This document shows positions 31,776 through 45,466 of a DNA stretch of 64,000 nt, in pieces. A program made the position numbers and the translations under genes. The stretch's first letter is position 1, and the number at the start of each line of letters is the position of its first letter. A model generated the notes under the pieces. It was not told the origin of the DNA and did not search any database. It saw nothing but the letters and a program-made list of their open reading frames with translations. This DNA is from the human T2T-CHM13v2.0 reference genome, Homo sapiens, in NCBI RefSeq assembly GCF_009914755.1, contig NC_060946.1. The stretch is one strand, 5' to 3'.

Positions 31776-32725
31776 AGCACACCCAAGAGACGAACACTCA
31801 ATAATGAAACTCCCAATGCTTTCAACGTGGAGCCATACTTTGACTCAAAAATTTCTTTGTATCACCCCTCAAATCACCTGCCTACGTGGCCCCTGAGTAA
31901 AGCAGTCCTAGCCCCGAACATTTAATTCAGCTGTTGGTGCTTTCAAAAAATGTGTTAAGTTCAACATCTCCCTTCTAAGTGCAGCTTTCTGGTGCTTGGT
32001 TAGAAAACTGGCAGGAGGTGCCAGGCTATAAGGACAGCATTCTTAGAGTAATGTCATGTGGGGTTTCCTGAGGGCTTGCAGAAAGCTATCCAGAAGTGCC
32101 ACTAATGTGAACAAAGAAGTTTGAGGTAAGATTGAAGAAAGAAAAAAAAAATAATAAAAACACCTCTCTGTAACACCTTTCCAAGGAGAATGAATACATG
32201 AGCATTTACAGAACACCTGCTCTACAGGTTCCTGGCACTCTGAGGGTTCTCTCTTAATCCTCTTATCCTTCAAGGTTAGACCTATTAGTCCCATTTTCAC
32301 GTGCAAAAAAAAAAAAAAAAAAAAAAGGAACCAACACAGAGAGGTTAGGTAACATGAACGATGTCACACAGCGATGTCTGGCATTTTGAACTCAGGTCTG
32401 TGTTGCCTTCAACTCCATTCTTTTTCCACTTTGGACTTTAGAAGCAATATTCAGGGGCATGAGAATGAATACTGTCTGGAGGAGGCAGGCAGAACATGCC
32501 AACCTCAAGTAGAAAACACCGACCAACACCTGGACACTAGTGGCCAGTTTCTTCTCTAAAATGTTTCAAAGACCAGCATGGACCAGTCTGCTGAAGCAAT
32601 ATGCTGATTACCTTCCAGCAAATATTACTGAACACCTACCACACAGCAACATTTCCTGGGCTGGAGGTTTCCACATATATTATCTCATTTAATTTTCATT
32701 ATTGTTAAAAAAAAAACTATTAACG

Positions 32726-33244
32726 TGATATAGTTTGGATGTTTGCCTTCTCCAAATAGCATGAGGGTATGGCAACACTGCATCTTATTCATTCTTTAGG
32801 TTCTAAACCCATAGTATGGTGTGAAAATCATGTGTAGCTAAAAATACCCTCAAAAATATTTTTGAAATGTGATCCCCAGTATTGAAGGTGGGGCCTGCTG
32901 GGAGGTGTTTTGGTGATGGGGGTGGATCCTGCATGAATGGCTTGGTGTCCTCCCCTTGGTGATGAGTGAGTTCTTGCCCTATTAGTTCACACAAGAGTTG
33001 GTTGTTAATAGGAGCCTGGCACGTACTCCTCTCTCTGTTGCTCTCTCTCTCACCATGTGATATGCCTGTTACCCCTTCGCCTTCTGCCATGAGTTAAAGC
33101 TTCCTGAGGCCTCACCAGAAGCTGAGCAGATGCTGGTGCCATGCTTGTACAGCCTGCAGAACCTTGAGCCAAATAAACCTCTTTTCTTTATAAATTACCC
33201 AGTCTCAGGTATTCCTTAATGGCAATGCAAAATGGACTGAAACA
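32726..33244 (+). mobile_element. MSTB-like MaLR solo LTR carrying a foreign ~98-bp insert
   Basis: TGATATAGTTTGGATGTTTG...AATGGACTGAAACA termini. Confidence 0.9.
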
Positions 33245-33624
33245 ACATGTATGAAGGTATTAGAGGCTGTTTATCCAAACTGAATGACGGAAACCTTGCA
33301 AGCAAATACATACTCCTAAGAATTCCCTCTCCTTCACCCCATGCCCTAGAGATTTGACAGTTACCTTAAAAACAGAGCAGCATGAAGATGCAGACAACTT
33401 CTTTTTTGACCTTCTTTTTCTACTTCTTTTGCTGTAGGCCAGAGTTTTGCACACTGGATAGCACAGGGAATTACTATTCAGGGTTTCATACACAAAAACC
33501 ATGTATAATGCAACTTTCTGACCATTAAAATATATTTAGGGTATTTTTGGCTACACATGATTTTCACACCATACAATGGGTTTAGAGCCTAAAAAATGAG
33601 TAAGACACAGTGTTGCTGTACCCT
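32764..33624. repeat. Inverted repeat pair (32764-32861 and 33527-33624)
   Basis: ~98-bp arms, ~89% identical by manual alignment, ~665-bp spacer. Confidence 0.95.
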
Positions 33625-34638
33625 TAGCTTCCTCTAATTTACTCCCGCTTGATAGATAATCAAGAAATGTTAGCTCTAGAAAGGAAGTTACAGATTGCCA
33701 AGTTCCACTCCTTGCCAGGGCTTCAATGATGACAGGGCCTTGGAAGGTGGGCTCCCCCTGCTGGACAGCTCCACTACCAGCACGTTCTTCCTCTATCTGC
33801 TATCGGCTTTTCTCCAAATTCCACTGCTGCAGCTAGCTTTGCCCTCCAGCCCTGCAGAATAATTATAACTCCTCTTTCCTATGATAATAATTTGAATTTC
33901 TGAAGCCTGTTATTTGGGTGAGACTTTCTTAATGCTATAGTGATCATGAAAAGGGTCAAGTATCTGCACTGTGCTTTTTAATAACCACCGGATGGTTTTT
34001 ATTCTGGGTGCTCGTCCAAGCTATTGATACCCGCCTCCCCATTAGGCAGCTCCACCAATTAATTAAATTCAATATTTTGGGAGCTACGCTCTGGAAGCAT
34101 GCCTCTTAGTCGGGAAGACAAAGAACAAAAACCACACGGCATGTGGCAACTACTCTTACAGTGGCACAGATTCGGTGCCAGCCGCACGCAGGAGGAAAGG
34201 GTCAGGGTCTCGGCCCATCCATTGGGAAGGACTGCTAACCTGTGAGCTAGAAGACCCCAGGAAACACAGCCTGAGCCTGCTCAAGGAAAGTGACCAGGTC
34301 TCATACTCAGCTTGCCTGTTGCCCTCTGTGTCTCAGACACCAGCCACAAAGCCAAGCAGAGGAGGTTTCCATAAGCCTACTCCAATCTTTTGGCACTGGA
34401 AAGGGGCCTGGAGGCGAGAATAACTAAATGCAACTCACTCACCCCATGTGTCTCAAATGAATGAGTGTTGTTGTTTTATTTTTTCTTAAAAAAAAAGTTA
34501 TAAAAATACAACTCCAAACACCTAAGACAGGGAGTCTTTGTGTCCATTTCTTCCCATCTGTCAACTCATCAAGTGACATGAAACAAATCCCCTAACTTCT
34601 GTGGACCTCCATTTCCTCAGCTACAAATTGAGGGGCTT

Positions 34639-34950
34639 GGCCAGGCACAGTGGCTCACGCCTGTAACCCCAGCAGTTTGGGAGGCTGAGGCAGGTGGATC
34701 ACTTGAGGTCAGGAGTTCAAGACCAGCCTGGCCAACATATTGAAACCCCATCTCTACTAAAAATACAAAAAATTAGCCGGGCGTGGTGGTGCACGTCAGT
34801 AGTCCCAGCTACTCGGGAGGCTGAGACATGAGAATCTCTGAGCCTGGGAGGTGGAGGTTGCAGTGAGCTGAGATCATGCCACCGCACTCCAGCCTGGGTG
34901 ACAGAGCGAGACTGTTTCAAAAAAAAAAAAAAAAAAACAAAACAAAGCAA
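34639..34950 (+). mobile_element. AluS within a MIR
   Basis: TSD acaaattgagg(g/a)gctt. Confidence 0.95.
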
Positions 34951-36662
34951 AACAAATTGAGGAGCTTGATCCAAAGAACTGTAAGATCCCTTTCAGAACC
35001 AGGGTCCTCCAATCTTCTGTGGTCCCAGACAGTGAGTGGATAAGCTACAGTGACCTGGCTGAGCTAGTTTATCTCAAAACCAGCACATGACTTCTAGTAC
35101 AGAAACAGCATGCAAGGAAACAAAGGCAGACAAAAGATTCCTGCTCCAGCCCCACCATTATCCTGCCATGGATCCCTCCCTCAGTACATCTGCCTGCACA
35201 GCTCTAAATACCAGCCCTGCCACTGAGCAAGTGGATCATCTTGGACAAGTCACTCAACCTCCTTTAGCCTTGATTTGCACATCTGCAGAGTGGGGTTAAT
35301 TTTACCCACTACCAGCGCAGCTCGGATGATGAAATAAATTAAAACCCGTATAAAGCACCCAGTACCTAGAGGACATATGCCGTGTATCCCTTTATTCAAA
35401 CATTCTTTACCCACTGAGCCCACTTCATCAACATATTCAAATTCCAAAGGCTTATAGTAATCTGAAGCCCAGGTGGCCAGACCTAGAAGGGCTGCAAAAA
35501 TCAGCAAGTCCAACTCCTTTCTACCTCTGCGATTTACAAGGGAGAGAACTGAGGCTCAGAAACGTTCGGTGACTTGCTCAAGGACCTACATCAGCAAGCC
35601 TGGCCTAGAACACACGGTGGCAAACACCAAGGACCACACAAGACACAAAGATAACCCTTTGTAGGCCTCATTCTCCAAAATTGAGAACCCATCACTTATA
35701 ACCCAATTCTGAAAAATTAAAAATAGAAAAATTTTCTATTTCTGTATATCTTTGGAGGACCGCAAGAGATAGCCAGGATCGCAGTGTGTCTATGAAAGGC
35801 AAGGATTTCTTGAATTACTTATGAAATGAAGGTCAGTGGTTCTTGCTAGCAGTTTTCCTCAGCTGCTCTGCTCCCCTCTCCCTTCCCCACATCTACTCAT
35901 TTCAGTTTACATCTTGAGGCACACATGCCTACATTGGGACCCTTTCTGGACAAGGTGAGAAGTTTTAGGTAGAGGCAATAATCCATTTCCCATTAAACAC
36001 AAACAAAAAAAAATCACAGTTACACTATCCATAATACAAAAAGAATTCCTCTCCTCACCCCTAAGAGCCCCAGCCTGGGACACCTAGAAAAGTGCCCAAA
36101 TACATTAAGGCACACAAACAACTCAAGGGTCAGGGACCCAAAGGTCCCCCCAAATGACATGATCAAAATCCATGAGACCATTCAAGAGTCTCTGGAGAAA
36201 CCTCAGCCCAGATTCTACAAGGGCCACTGGACTGAGCCGGAGTGCTCTAGAGGGAGCTCAGACAATATAAGGAGGAACCAGATTAGAAGTGGTTTCAGAG
36301 ATACAGGGATAACCTGACGAGCTCCCCTCCTGCCCAGATTCCCAAAAGAAAGCGTGTATCTTCAGGGAGTATCTGACAGAAAGCTACACCAAGAACACGC
36401 TTCCTTGTAGCTCCTGGTGAGCACACTCCCTAGACAGTGTCTGCTAAAACTTGGATTAGGAAGGCCCTAATCCAAGCCTCACATCGTGCACTTTGGCAAA
36501 CAGACCCAGAGAGGGAGACCATCCTGCCCAAGCTCGTATCACAAGTCAGCGGCAGCCACTGGCTTGAGCTTGCACCTGACCTTCAGTCTAGAGCTAGTCC
36601 TCCCCGCACCCCACGGCTCCTTCCCACCAGGCCCACTCCCTCTTCCAAAACCTTGGGCTCAC

Positions 36663-37190
36663 CTCCTGGTTCTAAGGATTCTGCCAGGTTGAACAATGCT
36701 CAGAAGCAGGTGGCAGTTTAGCAATTCATTCAGAGGGACCTGGGGCTGTGCCCGTCCCCGGTGGCAAGGAGAGACTGCAGTAAGAGACTGCAGTGTGGAA
36801 CTTTGAAATCTCTTCTCTAAAGAATCCTCCTCCTCCTCCTCTTCTTTCTCCTCCTCCTCCTCCTTCTCCTCCTCCGTAGTACTATGGACACATGTGCTCT
36901 GTTTGGGAGGAGGAAAGGAGGAGAGTATGGATGTGTAAGGAGAGTGTGGATGTTTGTTGGAAGGAGAAGGGCAACAATCTGCAGGGCCCTGCTGTATACT
37001 CACACCTAGCAGAAGAGGAACAAAAAAAAAAAAAAGAGAGAGAGAGAGCTCTAACTGCTTCCACAAAATTATTAACCCTTGTGCTCCAGCTCTGCTCCTC
37101 AAATAGCTGAAGCAAGAGAAACAATACACTTAACCAATGGAGCACCAGCCAAAGACATTACATCATCGGTCAGCACCGTCATTGGCTAAT
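36663..37190 (-). promoter_or_regulatory. Candidate alternative promoter / non-coding 5'UTR exon
   Basis: Two CCAAT boxes (37134-37138, 37181-37185). Minus-strand polypyrimidine tract plus TAG acceptor (exon start 37005). Strong donor GAG|GTGAGC at 36663/36662. Confidence 0.5.
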
Positions 37191-37559
37191 AATTCCTAGA
37201 AGGCAAAATTCTGCTTCTAGGTGCTTAACCCTTTCATGCTCATCAGAGCAAAGAGGATTTGGTCTAAACCAATGGTTCCTGAACTTGCTTTTATCAGAAT
37301 CATCCAGGATGCTTTCTAAACATACAGATCATCATTTTTCATTTCAACCCATCTAAATCAGAACCTACAAAGGGAGCATGGATAGCTGTATTATAAATAG
37401 TGTACAGAGTGTGGCAACCACTGATCAACTCAGAAAGTCTTCCTCTCCAAACAAGATAACATTTTTCTGAGCATTTTTCATGTATCCAACACTTTGCTAC
37501 ATCATCTCATTTATTTCCTGCACTGAACAATGGCTCCATATCCCAAGTATAAAAAGTCA

Positions 37560-37877
<318 letters not shown>

Positions 37878-38834
37878 TCAGTTGAGCAAGAGATGGAGCC
37901 TTGCTTTGAAAGACAGGCTGTTGGGACCCGACCTTGCTACCCTTTTGAAGCTCCCGCTTGAAGTCAAACCAAGCCTTTTATTTACTTATTGCCTCTAGAG
38001 TTACAGAAAACATAGACTCTCTTGATGAGTTGGAGAATGCCAGGAACCTGGGAGGAACGGGGAAATGAAGACAATGGTGGATTATTCTCTTTCTTGGGCT
38101 AATTCCCTCTGCTTCTGTTACAAATTCAGCTTAAACATCACTATCTCTTGGAAGCCTTCCCCAACCACCCGCCAACCCCCAAACCAGGGATAGATGCCCC
38201 TGCTCTGTGATCTTAAGGTCTCCTGGAGTTGTGGGCTGCAGTTTCCTGTTTACTGGATAAACTCCATGAGATTAGAGCCATGTCTACTTTCTCCACTAAC
38301 ATAAACCTGGACAGTGCCTGCCACGTGTGAATACTCAATCATGACCAAAAGATTTGGGAGAGAAAGTGTTTGCCGAAGTTCTAAATGGCATCACACTGAG
38401 ATGGGAAAGACAAAGGATTGGAAGTCTGGAGACTCACAGGAACGAACTGATTTTGGGCAAGTTCGTTTGGACACGGGAGAGGGGGTTGGTGTCCTTATCT
38501 AAAAATGAGGACAATCGCATCTCCTATGAATAGTTATAAAGATCAAATTAAAGAATGATCCAAAGCTCTGATTTTCTCCTCCTCTCTCTCTCACACTCGA
38601 ACTCATCCATTTTATTGGCTGACATCTAAGTGCTGACAACTGCCATATTTATATCTCCAGCCCAGACTCCCCTCCTCGACTCCAGACTCACAGCCAATTC
38701 CTGTCTCTATGTGGATGTTTTACGGGCATCTCCAAGAGGGTATTTGAATTGTATCCTCTAAGCACAACCTGCTCCTCGCCTAGTCTCTGTTATGTGAATA
38801 GTGCTCCCATCCACCCAACTTTTGTTTGTTTGTT

Positions 38835-39262
38835 TTTTTAATTAGGTGAAATTTACATAACTAAAAGCTAGCCATTTTAAACTAACAATGCGTGGCATTT
38901 ACTATCCTCATGATGATGTACAAACTGTCGCCTCTATCTAGTTCCAAAACATTTTCATCACCTCAAAAGGAAACCACTTAGCCATTAAGCAGTCAAGCCC
39001 CAGTCCCACTTCCCCCTCAGATCAGCACAAACACCAATCTGTTTTCTGTCTCTATGGATTGACCTATTCTGGATGCTTCACATAAAGGGAATCATACACT
39101 ATGTAACCTTTTGTGTCTGGCTTTTAAACCACGTTTTCACATAGCATTTTTAAGGTTCATCCACATTGCAGCATGTATTAGTACTTCACTCCTTGTTATG
39201 GCTGAGTAACATTCTATTGTATGTTATACTACATTTTGTTTATTCAGTCACTTACTGATGGA
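38835..39262 (-). mobile_element. L1M 3' end within an L2 region (~38570-40390)
   Basis: ttccaaaacattttcatcacc...tctatggattgacctattctgga...ggttcatccacattgcagcatgtattagtac. Confidence 0.85.
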
Positions 39263-42200
39263 GCTGCCAGACTTTCAGTAGCCAACCAATCTGAAACCAT
39301 AAGGCTGGCCACCATCCTTCATCCCCACCCTTTTCCCATATTCCCTGCATTTAAAGTATCAGCAAGTCCTGTCCATTTTGCTTCCTAAATAGAGCTCAAA
39401 CCCTTTTACTTTTCTCCAACACTATTGCTGTCCTCTAGCCCAGACACCAATATATATCTCACTGAGCTTCCAACTGTGACAAGATCTTTCTTCTCTCTAT
39501 TCCACTTCTCACCTGGAAGCTGAGATTGACTCCTTTTAAAACATAAACCAGATCATCCATTCATTTAAGCACTATTTACTAAGCACCTTTCTTCAAGGAG
39601 TTCTCCTCCCAGAGGCATAACAGACAACACACAAATATACACTATCACATCAGGCTTAAAATCCTTCAATGATTCGTTTGTTGCACTTTAGATAAAAATG
39701 TAAGCTCAGCATGGCCTCCAAGACTCCACTGCCTTCAAACTCATCTCGGGCCACTCCACACAATTTGCCCACTATGCGCTCCAACCACAATAGCCTCCAT
39801 TCCTCCACCTCGCGGTCTTTGAATAAGCTGTTCTCTCTGCCTCTTGATCTTGGCGTTGCCGGATCTTTCTCATTCCCCAGATCTCAGTGTAAATATCACT
39901 ACTTTGGGAGACCTTCCCTGACTACACTGTTAAGCACATCCACCCTTCATTCATTTCACTCATTTAAGAAATATGTGCTAAACCCTGTGGTAGGCTCTTG
40001 GGATGAAGCAATGTATGATCCCCTGGAGTCTGCAGTCTAAAGGGGAGGACCAACAATAGGAAAATAAATAAAATAGATAAATGACTGTTACGAAGGGAGA
40101 ATAAAAGGGAGGGAGTACAGAAGGCCTTTCCAAGAAGGTTATATTGAAACTGAAGGCAAGGAGTCAATTGGACAAAGAGCCTGTTATTCTCTATCACATA
40201 CTGGCTATGCAATGCAATGTTCCACCCCTCAACACTTGCTTTTGATGAATCCAAGCATTTAATGTCTATCTCCTCTAATAGACTGAGCTTTCTCCCCATC
40301 ACCTAGGATAGCGCCTACTCCTTAAGAGACACTCAATACACATTGATTGATTAATTAGTGGATGAATGAATGATTAATCAATCAATCCACCAATGAAAGC
40401 ACTTTGGAAAGTGTAACAAATCATAGAGTTGTGAGTGATTGTTATTATTATAATTATTATTTTGTGGCAAAAGAACATCAACTTGGTTGGGTTTTGGAAG
40501 AGACTGGGTTTACTATAAAATGAGAATAAAAGTACCTAAGTTGGAGTATTATTGGACAACTAGAAGAGAATGTATATACATAATAGACACTCAAAAAAGG
40601 GAAGCAGTAGTCTTCGTGGCTATTATTATTAAAAGCTCCTCACAAAAGCTGACTCAACTCGAATTCCAAAACTCATTTTCAGGTGCAGTCATGAAACTTA
40701 AAGGTGAGAGAAATGAATACTTTTAAGATATCTACTATGCACCAGGCACAGTACAAAGCACTACTTCATTTGTGAGGTAGTGTAGTGGATACCGTGGGGA
40801 AATGCTCAACTCCCCCTCCAAGACCAAGACACTCATGACTTCCCCATGTCCAGCTGCCAGAGTGTTGGTTACCCCAGCTCCCAGGTGAGTCCCTAGTCAG
40901 GAACTGTCCTGCTGAAGGGACATCCTAGCTCCCTCCCTAGGACCAGCCTGCACCCACTGGCTGATCAACATTAAGCTTCAAAGGCCTCGTCTCTTTGTCT
41001 CATGGGAGGGATTGAGACCTCTCTTGCACTGCACCATAGATCAACATCTCCCTCTGCCCAGTTCTGCTTCCCTTATCTGCACAAAAATCTCAGAAGCGCC
41101 AAGTCTTTTTCCAGGGAACCCAAACCATGACAGGTGAGTACAATGATTTCCTTTTAAATCAGAAAAAGAAGGTTCATGAAGGTTGCTAATGTCCCCAAAG
41201 CCTATGGCTAAAGTGACTTTCTGGTCTGATTTCCCAGCGAGCCCTTGTTCTTTCTACTACACCAATCTACACACAGCCTTGCCTCCAATGGCTGAGACTG
41301 GATCTCTGTGAAACAGAAAGGGGAGCCCAGGCAGAGGGGAAGGGCACACAGAGGGCTTGAAGATGAGAAAAGAAGAGCAGAGGCACCCTTCAGAGGCCTG
41401 ATGACAAGACTGAGGTCACAGGCTCCAGAAACAATATCAAAATGATGTGCAGGCTGCAGAAGCAAGCATTACACGGGCAGCATCTCTTTGCCTGAATCCA
41501 TGTCCAGAAGCCAGGGAGCAGGGCTCCCGGGCAGAGGGGGCTCCCTTAAGCAGGGAAGAGTATTTGCAGCCAAGGACCAGAAAACAACTACAACTTACCA
41601 GCTTTCTGATGCTCCGGCCTCCATCCATTGTCCCCAGAGCTGCCAGAGGGACCTGATCACTGATCAAAATTCTTCCACGGCCCTCCTTCATTCCAGGATA
41701 AAATTCTAAATATTCTAAGGCTGCACTTTAAGGTCTGTGCAGGTTTTAGCTTCCTGCCATGTCGAGAGCTCATTTCCTACCTACAGCAAGACCCGGTCCT
41801 ACTCCATTATCTGCTGTAGAATTATCTGATGTGCTAGGTCAGGACACCGGACCTTTTCAGTTTCTTTACCTTTACACAAGAAAACCCACCTGGAATTCCT
41901 GCTCCCTATCAACTCACAGTCCCAACACACTTTTCAGCCTGGCAAAACCTCCGACTTCCAGTCAATGCTCACCTCCTCTCTGAAACCTTCCTGGCTTCCT
42001 CACCGTCCTCTTCTCCATCTCGAGTCTTCCGCACTACCCTGCACTGCAATTGCTCCTCCTACTGTCCCTCTTAGCCCCAGAAGCTCCCCAAAGGCCATTC
42101 TTCATGCTGCTAGGGCTTGGCACAGTTCCTGGCACTCAGAAAAAGCCAAGTAAGTGCTGGATAGATACACGAGGTGCTGTATCCATAGCTATTCTCTGCT

Positions 42201-42339
42201 TCTAGCTTGGCCAGGAAACCACTCTGAAATTTCATCCTGCCCCCAGGATGACTGGAAATCGGAAATGGCATGACAAACCTGACCTCCCAAACCCAAGGCA
42301 ACAGGTCATGAGGGGTCTGGGGACCTAAGGCAGGTCCTA

Positions 42340-43090
42340 GGAGCCGGCGCAGAGCAGAGGTCCGGCCGCTGCGGTTCCTGGTTTCCCGCAAGCTCTTCCC
42401 CGGGCCGGGCGCTGGGTGGAGGCAGTCTTAGGATCCACAGTCTTGCGCGCCCCCGGCTCCCGGGCCCGGCAGACGGCCCCCGCACGCCGATCTGTCTGTC
42501 CCAGGGACCGGCCCAGGGCCCCGGCAGCGGCAGCCTGGGGAGACACCGTGGTGCGCGGCTCCTTGCCTCCCTCCCTGCCCCTCCGTGCGCCCGCATCCCG
42601 CGGACACAGAGCCGGAGCTCCAGGGGACGCAGCCCGACGCGAGAACGCACCAGCAGCCCCCGCTCGAGGTGGGGTCTCCCGGCTGTCAGAAACCCCACAA
42701 AGTCTACTTTGCGGCGCCGCGCCGCTTACCGTGCGAGCCGCCAGGAACTCGGCGCCCGGTGGTGCCTCGGCGCGGCGCCCGCCAGTCGATCCGCTCCGGG
42801 TCCCGGGAGCTCAGCCTCTGCCCCTCAACGCGCGCGAGCGCCCCCGCCCGGCGGCCCGGCCTCCCCGCGCCGCGGCGACCCATTGGCTCGGGCAACGAGG
42901 CCCCCGGACGGCCCCGCCCACCCGCGCCCACTCCCTCGCCCACGCCTCTCCCCACCGCCTTGCTGGGTTCACCTCTCCAGGCAGGGAAAGTTGCTTCTAG
43001 ACTCTGAGCTCTCACCGGACTCAGGAGCCCAGTTAGCTAATAATTCTGGGTCCCAGGAGTGTCTAGACGCCCCTCGGGGAGTGCGAAGAA
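42340..43090 (-). promoter_or_regulatory. CpG-island TATA-less promoter
   Basis: Very high GC and CpG density relative to CpG-depleted flanks. GC boxes CCCCGCCC at 42842-42849 and 42912-42919, ATTGG (CCAAT on minus) at 42882-42886, EGR1 consensus CGCCCACGC at 42937-42945. Confidence 0.92.
42730..42819 (-). other. SYN3: Non-coding first exon of a minus-strand gene, probably SYN3 (synapsin III) exon 1
   Basis: Strong donor ACG|GTAAGC (plus strand gcttacc; intron starts at 42729) inside a CpG island, ~65 bp downstream of a CCAAT box. No ATG in the exon. Sequence (AGAGGCTGAGCTCCCGGGACCCGGAGCGGATCG...GGCTCGCACG) and ~90-nt length match my recollection of the SYN3 5'UTR exon 1. TSS approximate; gene name is recall-based and needs BLAT. 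Confidence 0.65.
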
Positions 43091-43320
43091 TGCAGTGTCC
43101 TTGGAATCCACCTTTGGGAAAGTCAGCTGACCTCCCGGACCTCAGGTGGCACCTCAGAGAAACCAGGGCCCCTTGTCAGGAAATGTCCCAGGTTGTGGGC
43201 TAGGCCCTAGGGCCAGGATGCAACAGGGAACAAGACAAAGTCTATCGTCCTCGTGGACTTTGCATGGGGTGGAGGTGGGGGTAGGTTATATACAACAAAC
43301 GAAAAAAACAAGAGAATGTC

Positions 43321-43632
43321 GGCTGGGTGCCTGTGGCTCACGCCTGTAATCCCAGCACTTTGGGAGGCCGAGGCAGGTGAATCACGAGGTCGGGAGTTCA
43401 AGACCAGCCTGGCCAAGATGATAAAACCCCGTCTCTACTAAAAATACAAAAATTAGCTGGGCATGGTGGCCCTCACCTGTAGTCCTAGCTACTCGGGAGG
43501 CTGAGGCAGAATTGCTTGGACCCGGGAGGTGGAAGTTACAGTAAGCCGAGTTAGAGCCACTGCACTCCAGCCTGGGCAACAGAGCTAGATGCCGTCTCCA
43601 AAAAAAAGAAAAGAAAAGAAAAGAAAAAGAAA
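43321..43632 (+). mobile_element. AluS with an (AAAAG)n tail
   Basis: Full Alu. Confidence 0.95.
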
Positions 43633-44047
43633 GGGGTCTAGGACTGCTATACCTAGGGTGGTCTCCGGGCCGCTTGTGATATTGGATACTTGGAGGACAA
43701 AAACGATTCCAGGGCTGAAGCAAGAGCATTGCTGACAGAGGGGTCGGCCGATGCATGGTTCTGAAGCTGGAACTGGCCCCCAGGGTGGCTGAGTGAGGTG
43801 AGCAAGGGGAGAGTGGGTTACAGCCAGAGAGGTAGACTAGTGTGGAATCACCATCACCCAGAACCTTGTAGGCCACCGTGAGGGTCAGGGCTTTGTCATA
43901 TCAATCTGGAGGGAACAATTCAGGCAAGAGATTATGGTGATGAAGACCAGGGTGGTGACAGCAAGATACGGAAAAGGTGGACCTCCTGCAATGTGTGTCA
44001 AAAGTAGCACAGGAAGGCTTGATGATGGATTAGGCTGGATTTAGGGG

Positions 44048-44358
44048 ATGCTATGGTTTAAATATGTTCCCCAAAGTTCATATCTTGGAAACTTAATCCC
44101 CAATGCAACAGTGTTGAGAGGTGGGACCTTTAAGAGGTGATTCCATTAATGCCAGGAGTGGCCCTCTCCCCACCCCTCTGCTGCTCTCTTGTTCTGCCTT
44201 GTGCCATGGGGTGACTCAGCATGAAGGCCCTTACCAGATGCAGCCCCTCAATCTTGGACTTCCCAGCCTCCAGAGCCATGAGCTAAATAAATTGTTGTTC
44301 CTTATAAATTACCCAGTCTGTGATATTCTGTTATATTGGCACAAAATAGACTATGACA
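44048..44358 (+). mobile_element. MaLR (MST/MLT1A-type) solo LTR
   Basis: tgctatggtttaaatatgttcccc...tagactatgaca. Confidence 0.85.
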
Positions 44359-44756
44359 GGGGTTGACGTAAAGGGATGAAAGAAGAAAATCTCCTAGGTG
44401 TTTAGCTTGAGCCACTGTGGAGTAATGGTACTATTTCCAAGATCGGGAAGGTTCTTACCCAGCATCTTCCACTTACTGCATGAGCGTTAGTACATGATCT
44501 CAGTAACTAAGAGGGAGTGACTCTAACCTCAGTAACTAAGAGGGCATAAGAATAGCTGAAGGATCACAAACTTTAATACCGACGTGGCCGGGTAGTCATG
44601 TACTAAGTGAGGTTGGCAGGGTATAATAGAAAGGAGGGATGGGGCTTGTGACAGACTGAGGTATGCACACCTGCCTAAGGTGACAGTCACTGCTCAGCTC
44701 CAACTGATTTTTGCCATATGTGAATGGAGACCCACCCAGAGTTGCCAGATGTTCTG

Positions 44757-45466
<710 letters not shown>

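Noticed and set aside
33762-33772. RE1 right half-site TGGACAGCTCC
   Set aside because: Isolated half-site within a MIR-like remnant; expected by chance.
35720-35741. Short AT-rich palindrome aaatagaaaaattttctattt
   Set aside because: Too short and low-complexity to be meaningful.
42340-43090. Alternative identity as TPST2, another minus-strand 22q gene with a CpG-island first exon
   Set aside because: As I recall, CRYBB1 exons lie ~9 kb upstream of TPST2 and would be in the window; no crystallin coding sequence is present.
42306-43203. Overlapping 103-194-aa ORFs on both strands
   Set aside because: Stop-poor GC-rich CpG-island sequence; Pro/Arg/Ala-rich with mostly non-ATG starts and no recognisable domain.
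44499-44545. ctcagtaactaagaggg repeated with a short spacer (similar doublets at ~54602 and ~54721)
   Set aside because: Only two units each; ordinary micro-duplications, not a CRISPR-like array.
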